Source: Spirochaetota bacterium
GTDB taxonomy: Bacteria; Spirochaetota; UBA4802; UBA5550
Direction: 5' to 3'
NCBI GenBank assembly: GCA_963664815.2
Contig: CAXXHB010000003.1
Coordinates: forward strand, 1,568,001 to 1,632,000
Length of the DNA stretch: 64,000 bases
A program made the translations under genes and the position numbers. Each line of letters opens with the position of its first letter. Within the stretch, counting starts at the first letter, position 1. This document shows positions 20,311 through 30,499 of this stretch, piece by piece. The notes beneath the pieces are model-generated. The model saw only the letters and a program-made list of their open reading frames with translations, was not told the DNA's origin and did not search any database.

Positions 20311-22485
20311 TTACACACAATGAGAATTTCTTAATGCAAATGTTACAGTCTTGCACATAAATTTTTCTCTGAGATTTGAAGGTTTATCCAGATCCATTCT
20401 TTTAAGGTATTTATAAGCCGTTACCGGAACTGGTTTCAGTATTTCAGCCGCTAGCCCTCGCGCTAATTTTAACGGTTGATTCTCTTTAATATTTTTCAGC
20501 ATTTTCAGTGACGCACCAAGTGCGATTTCTTCATCAGTCATCTCTGTCCCGAACGGGAAGCTCTGAAACACTCCCTGTGACTGATATGACTTTATGAATG
20601 CCTCTATTTTTCCAGGATTGTTGTTCCTGTATTCCTCCGGTATTTCATAATCAGGCCGCAGTTTGCCCGCTTTTTTTGCCTGATCTGCAAGCGCTTTCTG
20701 GAAACGTGAGTCTGTTATATTTATCATCTCTTCAATTACCTTTCCGTCAGGTTTACCTTTAATATCTGCTATGCCGTATTCGGTAACAACAATATCACGA
20801 AGGTGCCTTGGTATAGAACAGTGTCCATAATTATAAACTATATTGGATTTTAAATTTTTGCCCGAACCTCTTGTACTCCTTATCATCATTATAAGCCTTC
20901 CATCCGGCAGTGCATGTGCCATTGCAACAAAATTATACTGTCCGCCAATACCACTGACTATTCGTCCGTCATCAAGCTGATCTGAAGTTATTGCCCCTAG
21001 TACATTTGCCATCATTCCGGTATTTACAAAACGGCCATCCTTTCTCTGCAGGGCTCTCAGCTTTTCATCGCCGTAAAGCTGGTTAACTTTATCAACTCCT
21101 GACATTCCAAACCGGGCACGTTCCTCCTCCGGCATGGCGTTGAGCGCATCGTAGAAAGCCCTGGGGCCAATAAAAAAAGCGCCGAGAATAACCTGACCGT
21201 TTTTCAGTCTGCAGCCAAGAAGCTTCTTTATAGATACAAGGTTTTCGGGATTATTCAGATCTGCTGAATATGCAGTATCATTGTCATATATAATTCCATC
21301 TTTGCAGGTAAGCCCGTCTTTAAGTATGCCAAAACGGGTAAGCATATCAAAATCTTTAACACGGAGCTTTTTATGAATCCCTTTCTTCTCATGAAGCATT
21401 TCCAGTATATTCTCAGGTATATAGTCAGTTGCCACCTTACCCTCATTTATAAGTTCCATGAGAGCTATATTATCATAAACATGCCGCTTGAGTATCCCCC
21501 GTTTGTACAGCTGCATAAAAGCATCAACAAACATCTCGGATGAACCATAAAGTCCCTGATGGAAGATTCCGGTTCCGCCGATATTGTTAATAAGATTTCC
21601 GTATCGTTTTGTCAGGCCGGCTTTTTCAATGACTTCATTATATAGGTCATTTCTGGTGTGCCGCATATCAAGACCAGCCACTATCGCATCACCAAGCGCT
21701 CCTATCCCCACCTGCAGGGTCCCTCCATCTTTAATAAGCGTGCTAACATTGAGTCCTATCATATGATCTTTAACAGCTACTGGATCCTTGGGGGGAGCAA
21801 ATAGGTCATAATTATACTTTGGACCTTTAAGTACAATATCGTATGAATCGACCGGTAACAGTGCGTCGCCATACATAAAAGGCATATTTTCATTAACTTC
21901 AGCCACATTTGCCACTTTCATCCCTGATAACCTTGCAAAATTTACTAAAGCATTGGCTTCCAGACATATATCGGTGTTGCATCCCATGGAGAGCATCAAT
22001 TGTCCGTTAATCTCCCTGCATCCGACAAGCTGACCAAATACATTGGCACCCATATTGAAGGCATCTGCAGGAACATGTGTATAGTTGGAATTCAGATGGT
22101 TTCGCTGGGCCTCGGGATTATTCATGTATCCGCCGGCTTTTGTATAAAATTCATATATTTCAACATTCTTTGGGAGTTTACCCGCGCGATAATCAAGCAT
22201 ATAATCAAATTGTGGAGATTTACCAAACAGCCTCTCCGCCAGCGGGTTAACAAGCCTTTTTTCAAGATCGCTTTTCCCGGTTGGTCGCTCAAGTGCAAGA
22301 GCAGTTATTATTTTAAGGTTAATTTCCGGGTCATCTTTAGCACGTCTGTAGAGCTCATTTATAAACATTACAGGTTTACCTAGGGCAAGTGTCATACAAA
22401 AAATAATTTTTTTACCTACATGTTCAATAACCCTGTCCACAGTTTTTGTTACATCATCAGTTATAATACCCCTCACTCCATCCAT
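20311..22485 (-). CDS. acetyl-CoA hydrolase/transferase family protein (long form)
   Basis: LALGKP, NSNYTH, DGGTLQVGIG, SEMFVD, SGIGGQYNFV and RDIVVTEYGIAD motifs. Confidence 0.9.
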   Translation of the reverse strand: MDGVRGIITDDVTKTVDRVIEHVGKKIIFCMTLALGKPVMFINELYRRAKDDPEINLKIITALALERPTGKSDLEKRLVNPLAERLFGKSPQFDYMLDYRAGKLPKNVEIYEFYTKAGGYMNNPEAQRNHLNSNYTHVPADAFNMGANVFGQLVGCREINGQLMLSMGCNTDICLEANALVNFARLSGMKVANVAEVNENMPFMYGDALLPVDSYDIVLKGPKYNYDLFAPPKDPVAVKDHMIGLNVSTLIKDGGTLQVGIGALGDAIVAGLDMRHTRNDLYNEVIEKAGLTKRYGNLINNIGGTGIFHQGLYGSSEMFVDAFMQLYKRGILKRHVYDNIALMELINEGKVATDYIPENILEMLHEKKGIHKKLRVKDFDMLTRFGILKDGLTCKDGIIYDNDTAYSADLNNPENLVSIKKLLGCRLKNGQVILGAFFIGPRAFYDALNAMPEEERARFGMSGVDKVNQLYGDEKLRALQRKDGRFVNTGMMANVLGAITSDQLDDGRIVSGIGGQYNFVAMAHALPDGRLIMMIRSTRGSGKNLKSNIVYNYGHCSIPRHLRDIVVTEYGIADIKGKPDGKVIEEMINITDSRFQKALADQAKKAGKLRPDYEIPEEYRNNNPGKIEAFIKSYQSQGVFQSFPFGTEMTDEEIALGASLKMLKNIKENQPLKLARGLAAEILKPVPVTAYKYLKRMDLDKPSNLREKFMCKTVTFALRNSHCV

Positions 22486-22619
22486 ATGATAACCACCTCA
22501 ACACTATTGATATTTTATGAAAGATAAACGGTTTGGATTCCTTTTAAATCTTAAACCTGTTTACCTTAAAAATTTTCTATATTGGAACTGATGAAATTAT
22601 ATGTCAATTACAAATAAAA

Positions 22620-22629
22620 CGAACGTTCG
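22620..22629. promoter_or_regulatory. palindromic operator candidate CGAACGTTCG
   Basis: Perfect 10-bp palindrome in the divergent promoter region, 12 nt from a minus-strand ttgaca (22602-22607). Confidence 0.4.
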
Positions 22630-22706
22630 AAATATTTATATTATTGCAATTTATCTCATAAACAGCTATATTGTTATAAATATAATTAAAAAAAGGGGGA
22701 TTTATT

Positions 22707-23165
22707 ATGAACAGATTCAGCATATCAGCTTTAAGAGCAGTAATCATAATGCTTTTATTTGTAAGCTTTTCATACGCGCAAATGGGGATGATGTGGCGCG
22801 GCAGCGGCGGCTGGGGGTATGGGGGAAAATATTGCGGTTTGTATAAGACCGGTAAAACAGAGACTGTAACAGGTGAAATTGTAAGCATTGACAGCTTTAC
22901 CCCTTATAAAGGGATGGGAAATGGAGCACGTGTTACACTTAAGACAGATAAAGAAACTGTATCTGTTCACCTTGGACCGGTATGGTATCTTGAGCAGCAG
23001 GACTTCAAAATTGAAGCAAAAGACAAAATAACAGTAAAGGGTTCGGTAATAACATTTGACGGCAAAAAAACTGTCATGGCTGCCGAGGTTAAGAAGGGTG
23101 ATACAGTATTAAAACTATGGAATGATCAGGGGTATCCTCTCTGGAGCGGCTGCGGCTGGAGATAA
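22707..23165 (+). CDS. exported OB-fold-like protein (MamS/MamX-like domain)
   Basis: Signal peptide, Gly-rich linker, and ETVTG.I...VHLGP.WYL...KITVKGS...LW..QG.PLW. Confidence 0.7.
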   Translation: MNRFSISALRAVIIMLLFVSFSYAQMGMMWRGSGGWGYGGKYCGLYKTGKTETVTGEIVSIDSFTPYKGMGNGARVTLKTDKETVSVHLGPVWYLEQQDFKIEAKDKITVKGSVITFDGKKTVMAAEVKKGDTVLKLWNDQGYPLWSGCGWR

Positions 23166-23439
23166 CGTTTTATTAATCGCAACTGTAAAAAAATTACAGG
23201 TGTTTCAATTAAAAAACGCCTGTAATTGCCGGGATGTTCCGGGATTAATGTTTATGGTAAAGAATAAATCTGCAGAATATCAGAAGAAAATAAAAAAGAT
23301 TATATTTCAGAATTAATTTTTGTATCACTTGCGTTAAATAAAGAGACTGCATATTTGAATAGTTGACATTTTAATACTCTTCGTTTTTAACTACTTATAA
23401 TCAAATAAAGATTAATAAATTATCTCCGGAGGGATTTTT

Positions 23440-23589
23440 ATGAGTATGCCAGGTATAGGTGAATTGATTGTAATATTTATGATAGTTCTTGTTCTTTTCG
23501 GAGCAGGAAAGGTTCCCGTTATAGCAAAGGATATAGGAAAAGGTATACGGGATTTTAAAAAAGCAATGTCAGGCGATGATGAAGATTAA
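23440..23589 (+). CDS. tatA: twin-arginine translocase TatA/TatE subunit (below ORF-track cutoff)
   Basis: Manual translation MSMPGIGELIVIFMIVLVLFGAGKVPVIAKDIGKGIRDFKKAMSGDDED*, with the FG..K.P...G..IR.FK signature and a ggaggg RBS. Confidence 0.93.
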   Translation: MSMPGIGELIVIFMIVLVLFGAGKVPVIAKDIGKGIRDFKKAMSGDDED

Positions 23590-23627
23590 AAAAAATAACA
23601 GGTAGTTTCAGACAGGAGAAAGTGTTC

Positions 23628-24752
23628 ATGGCAGGCAGGGGAGATATATCGCGCTATAAACTGAATCTTAAGGAGGAGCGGAGGGCTGCGTATCTGTACC
23701 GGAAAATGGCCGGCATGGAGACAAAATCTGAATTGGCAAGGCTTTATGTGAAACTTGCTCTGACTGAGGAGAAACATGCGGCTTTCTGGGAGGGTAAGCT
23801 GACTGAGGCCGGAGAAAAGGTTCCGGTTTTCAGGCAGGGATTGAAGACAAGGTTTTTTGAATGGTCGGCCAGGCGATTTGGAACATCAGCAGTTGTTTCT
23901 GTGATAGCAGGGATCGAAAGAGAGGCTGCGTCAGGTTATGACGGGCAGAGTGATGCGGAGGCTGTAAATATGCCTGCTGATGAGCGGAGTCATGCGCGTA
24001 TTCTTGGTACACTGTCAGCAGCTGAACCGGGAAGGAACGGAAAATCTATAGCCAGGATGGAGGGTAAACATAAAACCGGAGGGGGAAACGCCCTGAGGGC
24101 AGGTGTACTGGGGGCAAATGACGGCCTTGTTTCGGTCTTTAATCTTGTTATGGGCGTTGCAGGAGCCGGCGTTAAAAATTCAGAGATATTGCTGACAGGT
24201 ATTGCAGGACTTCTTGCGGGTGCCCTTTCTATGGCGCTTGGCGAATGGCTTTCTGTACAGAGCTCGCGCGAACTGGCACAGCATCAGATTGATATAGAGA
24301 AATCTGAACTGGAAAGTTCACCGGAGGGTGAGGCTGAGGAGCTTTCCCTTATCTACCAGGCAAAGGGGATTGATGAAATTTCGGCGGATAATATGGCAAA
24401 ACAGATTATAGAATCCAAAAGCGGAGCACTGGATACCCTGATACGCGAGGAGCTTGGTATAGACCCTGAGGATCTTGGCGGATCGGCCTGGGAGGCGGCA
24501 TATACATCGTTCCTGCTGTTTTCAATCGGCGCGATAATACCTGTATTTCCATTTATATTCCTTGGAGGAACCACCGGTATAATAGTAAGTGCATCTGCAA
24601 GTGCTGCCGGTCTGTTTATAATAGGAGCGGTAATAACCCTGATGACCGGTAAACACCCGGTAAAGAACGGGTTAAGGCAGGTGCTTTTCGGCCTGACAAC
24701 TGCAGCTGTTACATTCGGAATAGGTAAACTGATCGGTGTTTCTATCAGCTGA
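23628..24752 (+). CDS. rubrerythrin-like + VIT1/CCC1 Fe/Mn transporter
   Basis: N-terminal ExxH motifs (EEKH, DERSH); LRAGVLGANDGLVS, AGALSMALGEWLSV and GAIIPVFP motifs. Confidence 0.92.
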   Translation: MAGRGDISRYKLNLKEERRAAYLYRKMAGMETKSELARLYVKLALTEEKHAAFWEGKLTEAGEKVPVFRQGLKTRFFEWSARRFGTSAVVSVIAGIEREAASGYDGQSDAEAVNMPADERSHARILGTLSAAEPGRNGKSIARMEGKHKTGGGNALRAGVLGANDGLVSVFNLVMGVAGAGVKNSEILLTGIAGLLAGALSMALGEWLSVQSSRELAQHQIDIEKSELESSPEGEAEELSLIYQAKGIDEISADNMAKQIIESKSGALDTLIREELGIDPEDLGGSAWEAAYTSFLLFSIGAIIPVFPFIFLGGTTGIIVSASASAAGLFIIGAVITLMTGKHPVKNGLRQVLFGLTTAAVTFGIGKLIGVSIS

Positions 24753-25021
24753 ATAACATAATATATAAATACACCCATTGGATATGATCACCTTACAAAA
24801 TAACCGGAGAGAGTAATTCCAGGTTACATTCTCAGGTTATTACATAAAAGATTTTTTATTTTAAAAAACATACCTAAGCAGCTCTGCGGCATTTAATCTG
24901 AAAACGGATAAATAAATCTCAAGATAAAGATTAATCTTCTTGAAATCCTCTGAAATTATGAATTAAAAAAGAGTAAAGAGAAAATTCAGTATAGTATTAA
25001 TTCTGCATATGGAGAGTTAAG

Positions 25022-26554
25022 GTGAAAAGAAGATTATTAACGGTTGCCATACTGACAGCATTAGCAGTAGTCTTTATATATGACAACAGAAGAACAGAGG
25101 CTGCAGAGAATGAAAGTGTTATATGGCTGGCAGAGCCTCAGTTTGATAATGTCGGGAATTTTTACGAAGGCCTGGCCAGGGTAAAAAAAGGTTGGGGCTG
25201 GGGTTTTGTAAATAAGGGGGGTAAGGTTGTAATTCAGCCTGTATATGAGAGTATAAATAATTTTTCAGAAGATTTGGCTGTAATTCAGCAAGGTAAAAAG
25301 TGGGGTTTTATCAACAGAGATGGCAAAGTTGTAATAAAACCGCAGTTTGACAATGCCTGGAGCTTTTCTGAAGGTCTGGCAGCAGTACGCACAGGTGAAA
25401 AGTGGGGATTTATCGATAAAGAGGGAAAAGTTGTAACGGAGCCGCAGTTTGACAGAATATCTGATTTTTTCGAAGGTATGGTAAAAGTAAGAACAGGTAA
25501 TGGCAGCGGTTCAAATGATAAATATGGTTATGTGAATAAAGAGGGTAAAGTTGTAATTCAGCCGCAGTATGATGATGCGTGGAAATTTTCTGAAGGTTTG
25601 TCAGCAGTCCGGGCAGATAAGAAATGGGGATTTATTGATAAAGAGGGTAAAGTTGTAATAGATTTTCAGTATGATAAAGCAGCGTCTTTTTCTGAAGGTC
25701 TGGCCGCAGTCAGAAAAGATGGTAAGTGCGGATTTATTGATAAACAAAATAATGTTATAATTAAGTTTGAGTATGACGATGCTTATAAATTTTCCGAAGG
25801 GCTTGCTATAGTTATAAAAGATGGAAGACGTGGATTTATAAATAAAAAGGGAAAAGTAATAGTTAAGCCTCAGTTTGATGCTGCATGGGATTTTTCCGAA
25901 GGTATGGCGAGAATTATAAAAGATCATAAACAGGGTTTTGTAAATAAAGAGGGAAAAGTAATAGTTAAGCCTCAGTTTGATACTGCATGGGATTTTTCTG
26001 AAGGTATGGCGAATTTCAGAAATGGGGAAATAAACACCTTGTATGGCTATGTGAACAAAAATGGCAAAATTGCAGTTAAAGACAGGTATGAAAATGCATG
26101 GGGTTTTTCCGAAGGTCTGGGATCTGTCGGGTTAAATAAAAAACAGGGTTATATAGACAAGACGGGTAAGGTTGTAATAGAAATTCAGTTTGATAATGCA
26201 TTACCCTTTTCTGAAGGTATTGCAGCAGTTGAAAAAAATGGTATGTGGGGTTTTATAAAGAACCCACTTTCTTCAGAGATAAAGACCAAATCGCTGGAAG
26301 AAACGGGTCAGTATATCGGAAAAGTAAAATCGGTTTCAGGTAAAGAGATAATTGTCGGGGGGACAGATATAGCTGAAAATGTTTATATGGGTGATAAACT
26401 CTGCATATATTCCGACGATAATATAATAATCATCCGTTCCACTTTCCCTATGCAGACGATTACCAGGTGTGATGTAATTAAGGGGAGCATTAAAGATATA
26501 CAATCCGGCATGAAGGTTTTTAAATACAGAAAAGAAGCAAAAGAGGGTGACTGA
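25022..26554 (+). CDS. WG-repeat exported protein with C-terminal 'TFPM' domain
   Basis: About 11 repeats of FSEGLA.V...KWGFIDK.G.VVI.PQF; N-terminal signal or anchor. Confidence 0.9.
   Translation: MKRRLLTVAILTALAVVFIYDNRRTEAAENESVIWLAEPQFDNVGNFYEGLARVKKGWGWGFVNKGGKVVIQPVYESINNFSEDLAVIQQGKKWGFINRDGKVVIKPQFDNAWSFSEGLAAVRTGEKWGFIDKEGKVVTEPQFDRISDFFEGMVKVRTGNGSGSNDKYGYVNKEGKVVIQPQYDDAWKFSEGLSAVRADKKWGFIDKEGKVVIDFQYDKAASFSEGLAAVRKDGKCGFIDKQNNVIIKFEYDDAYKFSEGLAIVIKDGRRGFINKKGKVIVKPQFDAAWDFSEGMARIIKDHKQGFVNKEGKVIVKPQFDTAWDFSEGMANFRNGEINTLYGYVNKNGKIAVKDRYENAWGFSEGLGSVGLNKKQGYIDKTGKVVIEIQFDNALPFSEGIAAVEKNGMWGFIKNPLSSEIKTKSLEETGQYIGKVKSVSGKEIIVGGTDIAENVYMGDKLCIYSDDNIIIIRSTFPMQTITRCDVIKGSIKDIQSGMKVFKYRKEAKEGD
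25839..26012 (+). repeat. near-identical intragenic duplication of one WG repeat
   Basis: Two 72-bp copies (25839-25910 and 25941-26012), period 102 bp, 3 mismatches. Confidence 0.85.
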
Positions 26555-26637
26555 AATAAATTCTGCTGATGATTTGAAGAATCATAGAACTGCCGGTGCT
26601 GTATTGAACCTGGTGTAACATAGACAGAACTCCCCCG

Positions 26638-26719
26638 GCCTGACGGCAAACCCCCTTGTTAAGGGGGTTTTTAGCTCTCCCAGCCTGATGCCCAAACCCC
26701 CTTGGTAAGGGGGTTTTTA
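26638..26719. repeat. tandem REP-like palindromes (also terminator-like)
   Basis: Two copies of gcctga..aaaCCCCCTT-gNt-AAGGGGGttttta (26638-26673 and 26683-26719). Confidence 0.8.
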
Positions 26720-26832
26720 ATCCATACACTTTTTTAAAAATTTACTTGCCCCATGTCATTTGCTTTTCCGCACTGATTATATAGAGAAATAAATCTTAAT
26801 ATATAACGATAATAAATAAGGAGAGTAAATGT

Positions 26833-27378
26833 ATGGCAAAGGTTAAACTTCATCCCTATTTAAGAACAGCGCATGGAGGTCTGGATGGTCTTGTGTTTTA
26901 CAGGCGCTATGGCAAAATCTATATTAAAGCGCGGACAATCCCGGCTAATCCGCGAACTGAACCGCAGGTGAAGTGCAGGGGTAATTTTGGCGGCGGCGTA
27001 AAGGCATGGCAGGTTCTTCCTGAAGAGGGGAAAGCTCTCTACAGAAACAGGGCAAAGAGAAAGAGAAAGTCAGGGTATAATCTTTTTATGTCGGAATACC
27101 TTCGCGGCATTGCTCCAGGTTCACCTGTAACTCCATCGGGAAGCGGCGGAGCAGGGAATACAGTAGTTGTATCCACATCAGAGGAAGCTACAGAATATAA
27201 CTGTAATTATTCAGAAAGCAGCAGATCAGCAGATGGACAGAGTAATTTTAATGCGGTAAAAGACAGATGTGCATCTGTTAAAGCGGGATTTAAGCAGTAT
27301 GTAAACCCTGTTGAAAACCGTTTCAATACCGTTTCAACTCCGTTATCGACAGAGAAAAACGCACGTTTAAAACTGTAA
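26833..27378 (+). CDS. hypothetical basic protein (G.VFY...NPRT..Q...F...W...YNLF family)
   Basis: aggag RBS; basic N-terminal domain typical of proteins from mobile or phage-like DNA; low-complexity tail. Confidence 0.65.
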   Translation: MAKVKLHPYLRTAHGGLDGLVFYRRYGKIYIKARTIPANPRTEPQVKCRGNFGGGVKAWQVLPEEGKALYRNRAKRKRKSGYNLFMSEYLRGIAPGSPVTPSGSGGAGNTVVVSTSEEATEYNCNYSESSRSADGQSNFNAVKDRCASVKAGFKQYVNPVENRFNTVSTPLSTEKNARLKL

Positions 27379-27547
27379 GCAGCGTGTTTGAGGCGAAATT
27401 GAAGCGAAATGTAAGCGAAACTGAATACTCTGTAAACAGAGTCGGGATTTTGTCATAAATCTGCCTTGAATTTGAATCTGAATCAGCTGATGCACGACGA
27501 AAGCATGTTCGTGTACAGGACTTCCTGTCTGCAGAAAATCCTGCCTG

Positions 27548-27575
27548 TCTCTATAATCCTGTAATCGTGTTCAGA
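27548..27575 (+). repeat. dispersed 28-bp repeat, copy 1
   Basis: tctctataatcctgtaatcgtgttcaga; 27/28 identical to 36202-36229. Confidence 0.75.
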
Positions 27576-28004
27576 CGATTGATATTTTTTAAATATTAAA
27601 AAAGTATTGAAATATTGATAATTCTATTATGGATTAATAACCGACTGCAGTTATGAATAAAAATTACATTCATATAGATCCATCTGACAATTTTCATCCT
27701 GCTGTAAAATTCATGTATAATCGGAAATTGTTTGCAGTCATCTGTCCATGAATGAGGGCAGAATAAAATATTATTAGCTTTTGCCACAAACGATAACATC
27801 GGCTGACAGCGAGCAGTTGTAAAATCAGCTTCAGATGGCTTGTGCCGTATGAAGGGCGACCGGAGGAAGTATCTGTGGTAAAACATTTACGTACAGTTCT
27901 TATGGAGGAAAGGTGGTGTGAGATCTCTAACCTGTCAGACTACTTGGCTAAACTTTAATCAATCCGGACAATCTTAAACCTTAAAAAGATGGAGTTAAAA
28001 TTAT

Positions 28005-29396
28005 ATGATACAGGATAAATTGTTTAATGAAATAAAAAATAAAACAATATTTAGCCTTGCCAATGAGTATGGTATAGAATTTTTAGAAAAAATATTCGAT
28101 AGAAATGTATTCCCTGAAAAAAAAGCTCTTGAAGCTCTTACAGTTTTTGACGAAGAATTTCCTGAAAATTTTACACGTTCTGAAGACATACTTAATCTTT
28201 TAAACCACTATGGTTCACCTGCATGTTGTGCTCAAGTTGGTGGAAGATATTTTGGTTTTGTTAATGGAAGTGTTGTACCGGCAGGTCTTGCTGCAAGATT
28301 AATGACAGATTTCTGGGACCAGAATACAGCTATGCAGGTTATTTCACCTATATCATCTAAACTGGAGACAGTAGTGCAAAAATGGTTAAGGCAGATTCTG
28401 AATTTACCGGATAAAACAGTTGCAGGTTTTGTAAGCGGGACATCAATGGCGACCTTTTGCGGATTAGCCGCTGCAAGATATAGATTATTGAAAAAAAAAG
28501 ATTGGGATATCAATGATAAAGGCTTATTCGGAGCACCCATGATCAGAGTTATTGCAGGGGAACATGCTCATTCAACTGTTCTGAAGGCTATAGGGCTATT
28601 GGGTTTTGGTAAGGATAATATTGAATGGTCAGATTCAGATGCTGAAGGGCGAATTATTCCTGAAAATCTGCCGGTTCTTGACGACAACACAATTCTCATT
28701 TTGCAGGCAGGGAATGTAAATACAGGATCTTTTGATAATTTTAATATCATTTGCGATAAAGCCAATTCTGCAGGTGCATGGATACACATTGATGGTGCTT
28801 TTGGACTTTGGGCGGGTGCTGCTGAAAAGCTTAAAGACCTCACTTCAGGAATTGAAAAAGCTAATTCCTGGAGTGTTGATGGTCATAAAACATTGAATAC
28901 ACCTTATGATAATGGAATTATATTATGCCGGGATGAAGAGGCGTTAGTTTCTGCTCTTCATATGGCCGGTTCCTATATTATTCATGGAGATGAACGTGAT
29001 GGAATGTTCTACACTCCTGAAATGTCCAGACGAGCAAGAATTTTTGAATTATGGGCAACATTGAAATCATTAGGACGAACTGGTCTGGATGAAATGATTT
29101 ACGGGATGCACCAGAGAGCCAAACAATTTGCAAAAGAATTAAATTCAGAAGGATTCGAAATACTGAATGAAGTTTGTTTCAACCAGGTTCTCGTACATTA
29201 CAAAAGTAATGAAATTACAATGAAAATATTAAAACTGATTCAGGAATTCAGAATTTGTTGGTGTGGTGGTTCAAAATGGGACGGGAAGGATGTTATCCGG
29301 ATTAGTGTTAGTTCCTGGGCAACTACAGAAGAAGATGTAAATATATCAGTTAAATCATTTGTAAAAGCAAGAAAAATCATCGAAAGCAATATTTGA
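28005..29396 (+). CDS. PLP-dependent group II decarboxylase (Asp/Tyr/aromatic family)
   Basis: RYFGFVNG, WDQN, HAHSTV.KA, WIHIDGAFGLW and DGHKTLNTPYDNG (PLP Lys) motifs. Confidence 0.92.
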   Translation: MIQDKLFNEIKNKTIFSLANEYGIEFLEKIFDRNVFPEKKALEALTVFDEEFPENFTRSEDILNLLNHYGSPACCAQVGGRYFGFVNGSVVPAGLAARLMTDFWDQNTAMQVISPISSKLETVVQKWLRQILNLPDKTVAGFVSGTSMATFCGLAAARYRLLKKKDWDINDKGLFGAPMIRVIAGEHAHSTVLKAIGLLGFGKDNIEWSDSDAEGRIIPENLPVLDDNTILILQAGNVNTGSFDNFNIICDKANSAGAWIHIDGAFGLWAGAAEKLKDLTSGIEKANSWSVDGHKTLNTPYDNGIILCRDEEALVSALHMAGSYIIHGDERDGMFYTPEMSRRARIFELWATLKSLGRTGLDEMIYGMHQRAKQFAKELNSEGFEILNEVCFNQVLVHYKSNEITMKILKLIQEFRICWCGGSKWDGKDVIRISVSSWATTEEDVNISVKSFVKARKIIESNI

Positions 29397-29869
29397 GGAA
29401 ATTAAAATTATTCTAATATTTTTCTTTGATAATTACTGTTAAATGCCGGGCACTACACATAACTTATGGAAGTCTAAACGTAGATGCCCATAAAAAAATC
29501 GTAATTCTTTATTAAAGGTATATAAATATTATACAGATAGTTTTAAATTTCAGACAGCGGCTATGCTGAGACTTTTGTCAGACGAAAACACTGATATCTG
29601 ACAGAACATGCTTTGAAAATACTCAGAACAGCCGTAGGAATTTGAATCCCATTTAAAACGTGAATTCATATTCACTCTTTTATAAAAATATATTGCTTTT
29701 TATATAATTCATAAGAAGAACATCCTTTTATTATTTCTGTGTAGCATTCTGAAAATTTATGCGTATCATCCTCTGCTTGTCAGTTAGACACCGGCAGGTG
29801 AGCCTTTTATACGCAGCATAATCAAAACGCTGCACAGAATTCAGAAGCTTATAAATAAAGGAGACAAGT

Positions 29870-30214
29870 ATGACAGGAAAAATGAGGAAGGATTATGCCG
29901 TAATCGGTTTGCTTTTAATCCTGATGTCAGTTGGAGTGGATTATCTTTATAATCGTTTTGTCGGGGGGCAGAAGTTTTCTGATCAGTTAATCTATTATTT
30001 CTTAACAGTGATTCTTGCTTTCTATACTGCTTTAAATAAAACCTGGGCAAAATGGGTACAAAGTATTCTGTTGCTTATAAGCGGAGTTCTGTCTCTGATA
30101 TTCTTCCTTGTTTATATGTCAAAAAATTTCGTCGGGTCTCTTTTACTTCTGGTAATGGGTGTATTGTTTACTTTTTCCGGAGTATACATCATTAAAACAA
30201 GAAATAAAGTCTGA
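29870..30214 (+). CDS. hypothetical membrane protein
   Basis: aaggag RBS; four hydrophobic segments. Confidence 0.75.
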   Translation: MTGKMRKDYAVIGLLLILMSVGVDYLYNRFVGGQKFSDQLIYYFLTVILAFYTALNKTWAKWVQSILLLISGVLSLIFFLVYMSKNFVGSLLLLVMGVLFTFSGVYIIKTRNKV

Positions 30215-30499
30215 CTTTTGTTTGATGAAACCGCTGACATCGGGCAGAACATATAGGCAGATATAATATTCTTTCAGAGATATATTTAAACCAGCTTGAA
30301 CATTGCTGAACAGATGATTTTACAATGGAATATTAAGATATATATTTGTTATAAAAAATAACATATGGAACTTTTTAAAGATTTTCCGGGTCTAATAAAA
30401 AAATATAAAATAAAAACTACAGTTTTAAACCAGGTAAAATCTTAAGTAATTTATTTCCTGAGTTTACTGACCATTTTTATCAACTTGCCGGAGAACCCT

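Noticed and set aside
22620-22629. Firmicutes-type LexA box
   Set aside because: Lacks the 4-nt spacer of CGAAC-N4-GTTCG, and the flanking genes are not SOS genes.
22707-23165. Magnetosome gene (MamS/MamX-like domain)
   Set aside because: The domain is widespread outside magnetotactic bacteria and no other mam genes are present.
25130-26260. Regularly spaced DNA repeats resembling a CRISPR array
   Set aside because: They are in-frame WG protein repeats with synonymous variation; there are no unique spacers and no cas genes.
27596-27886. 96-aa minus-strand ORF in an intergenic gap
   Set aside because: No RBS or recognisable motif; the region looks like decayed sequence.
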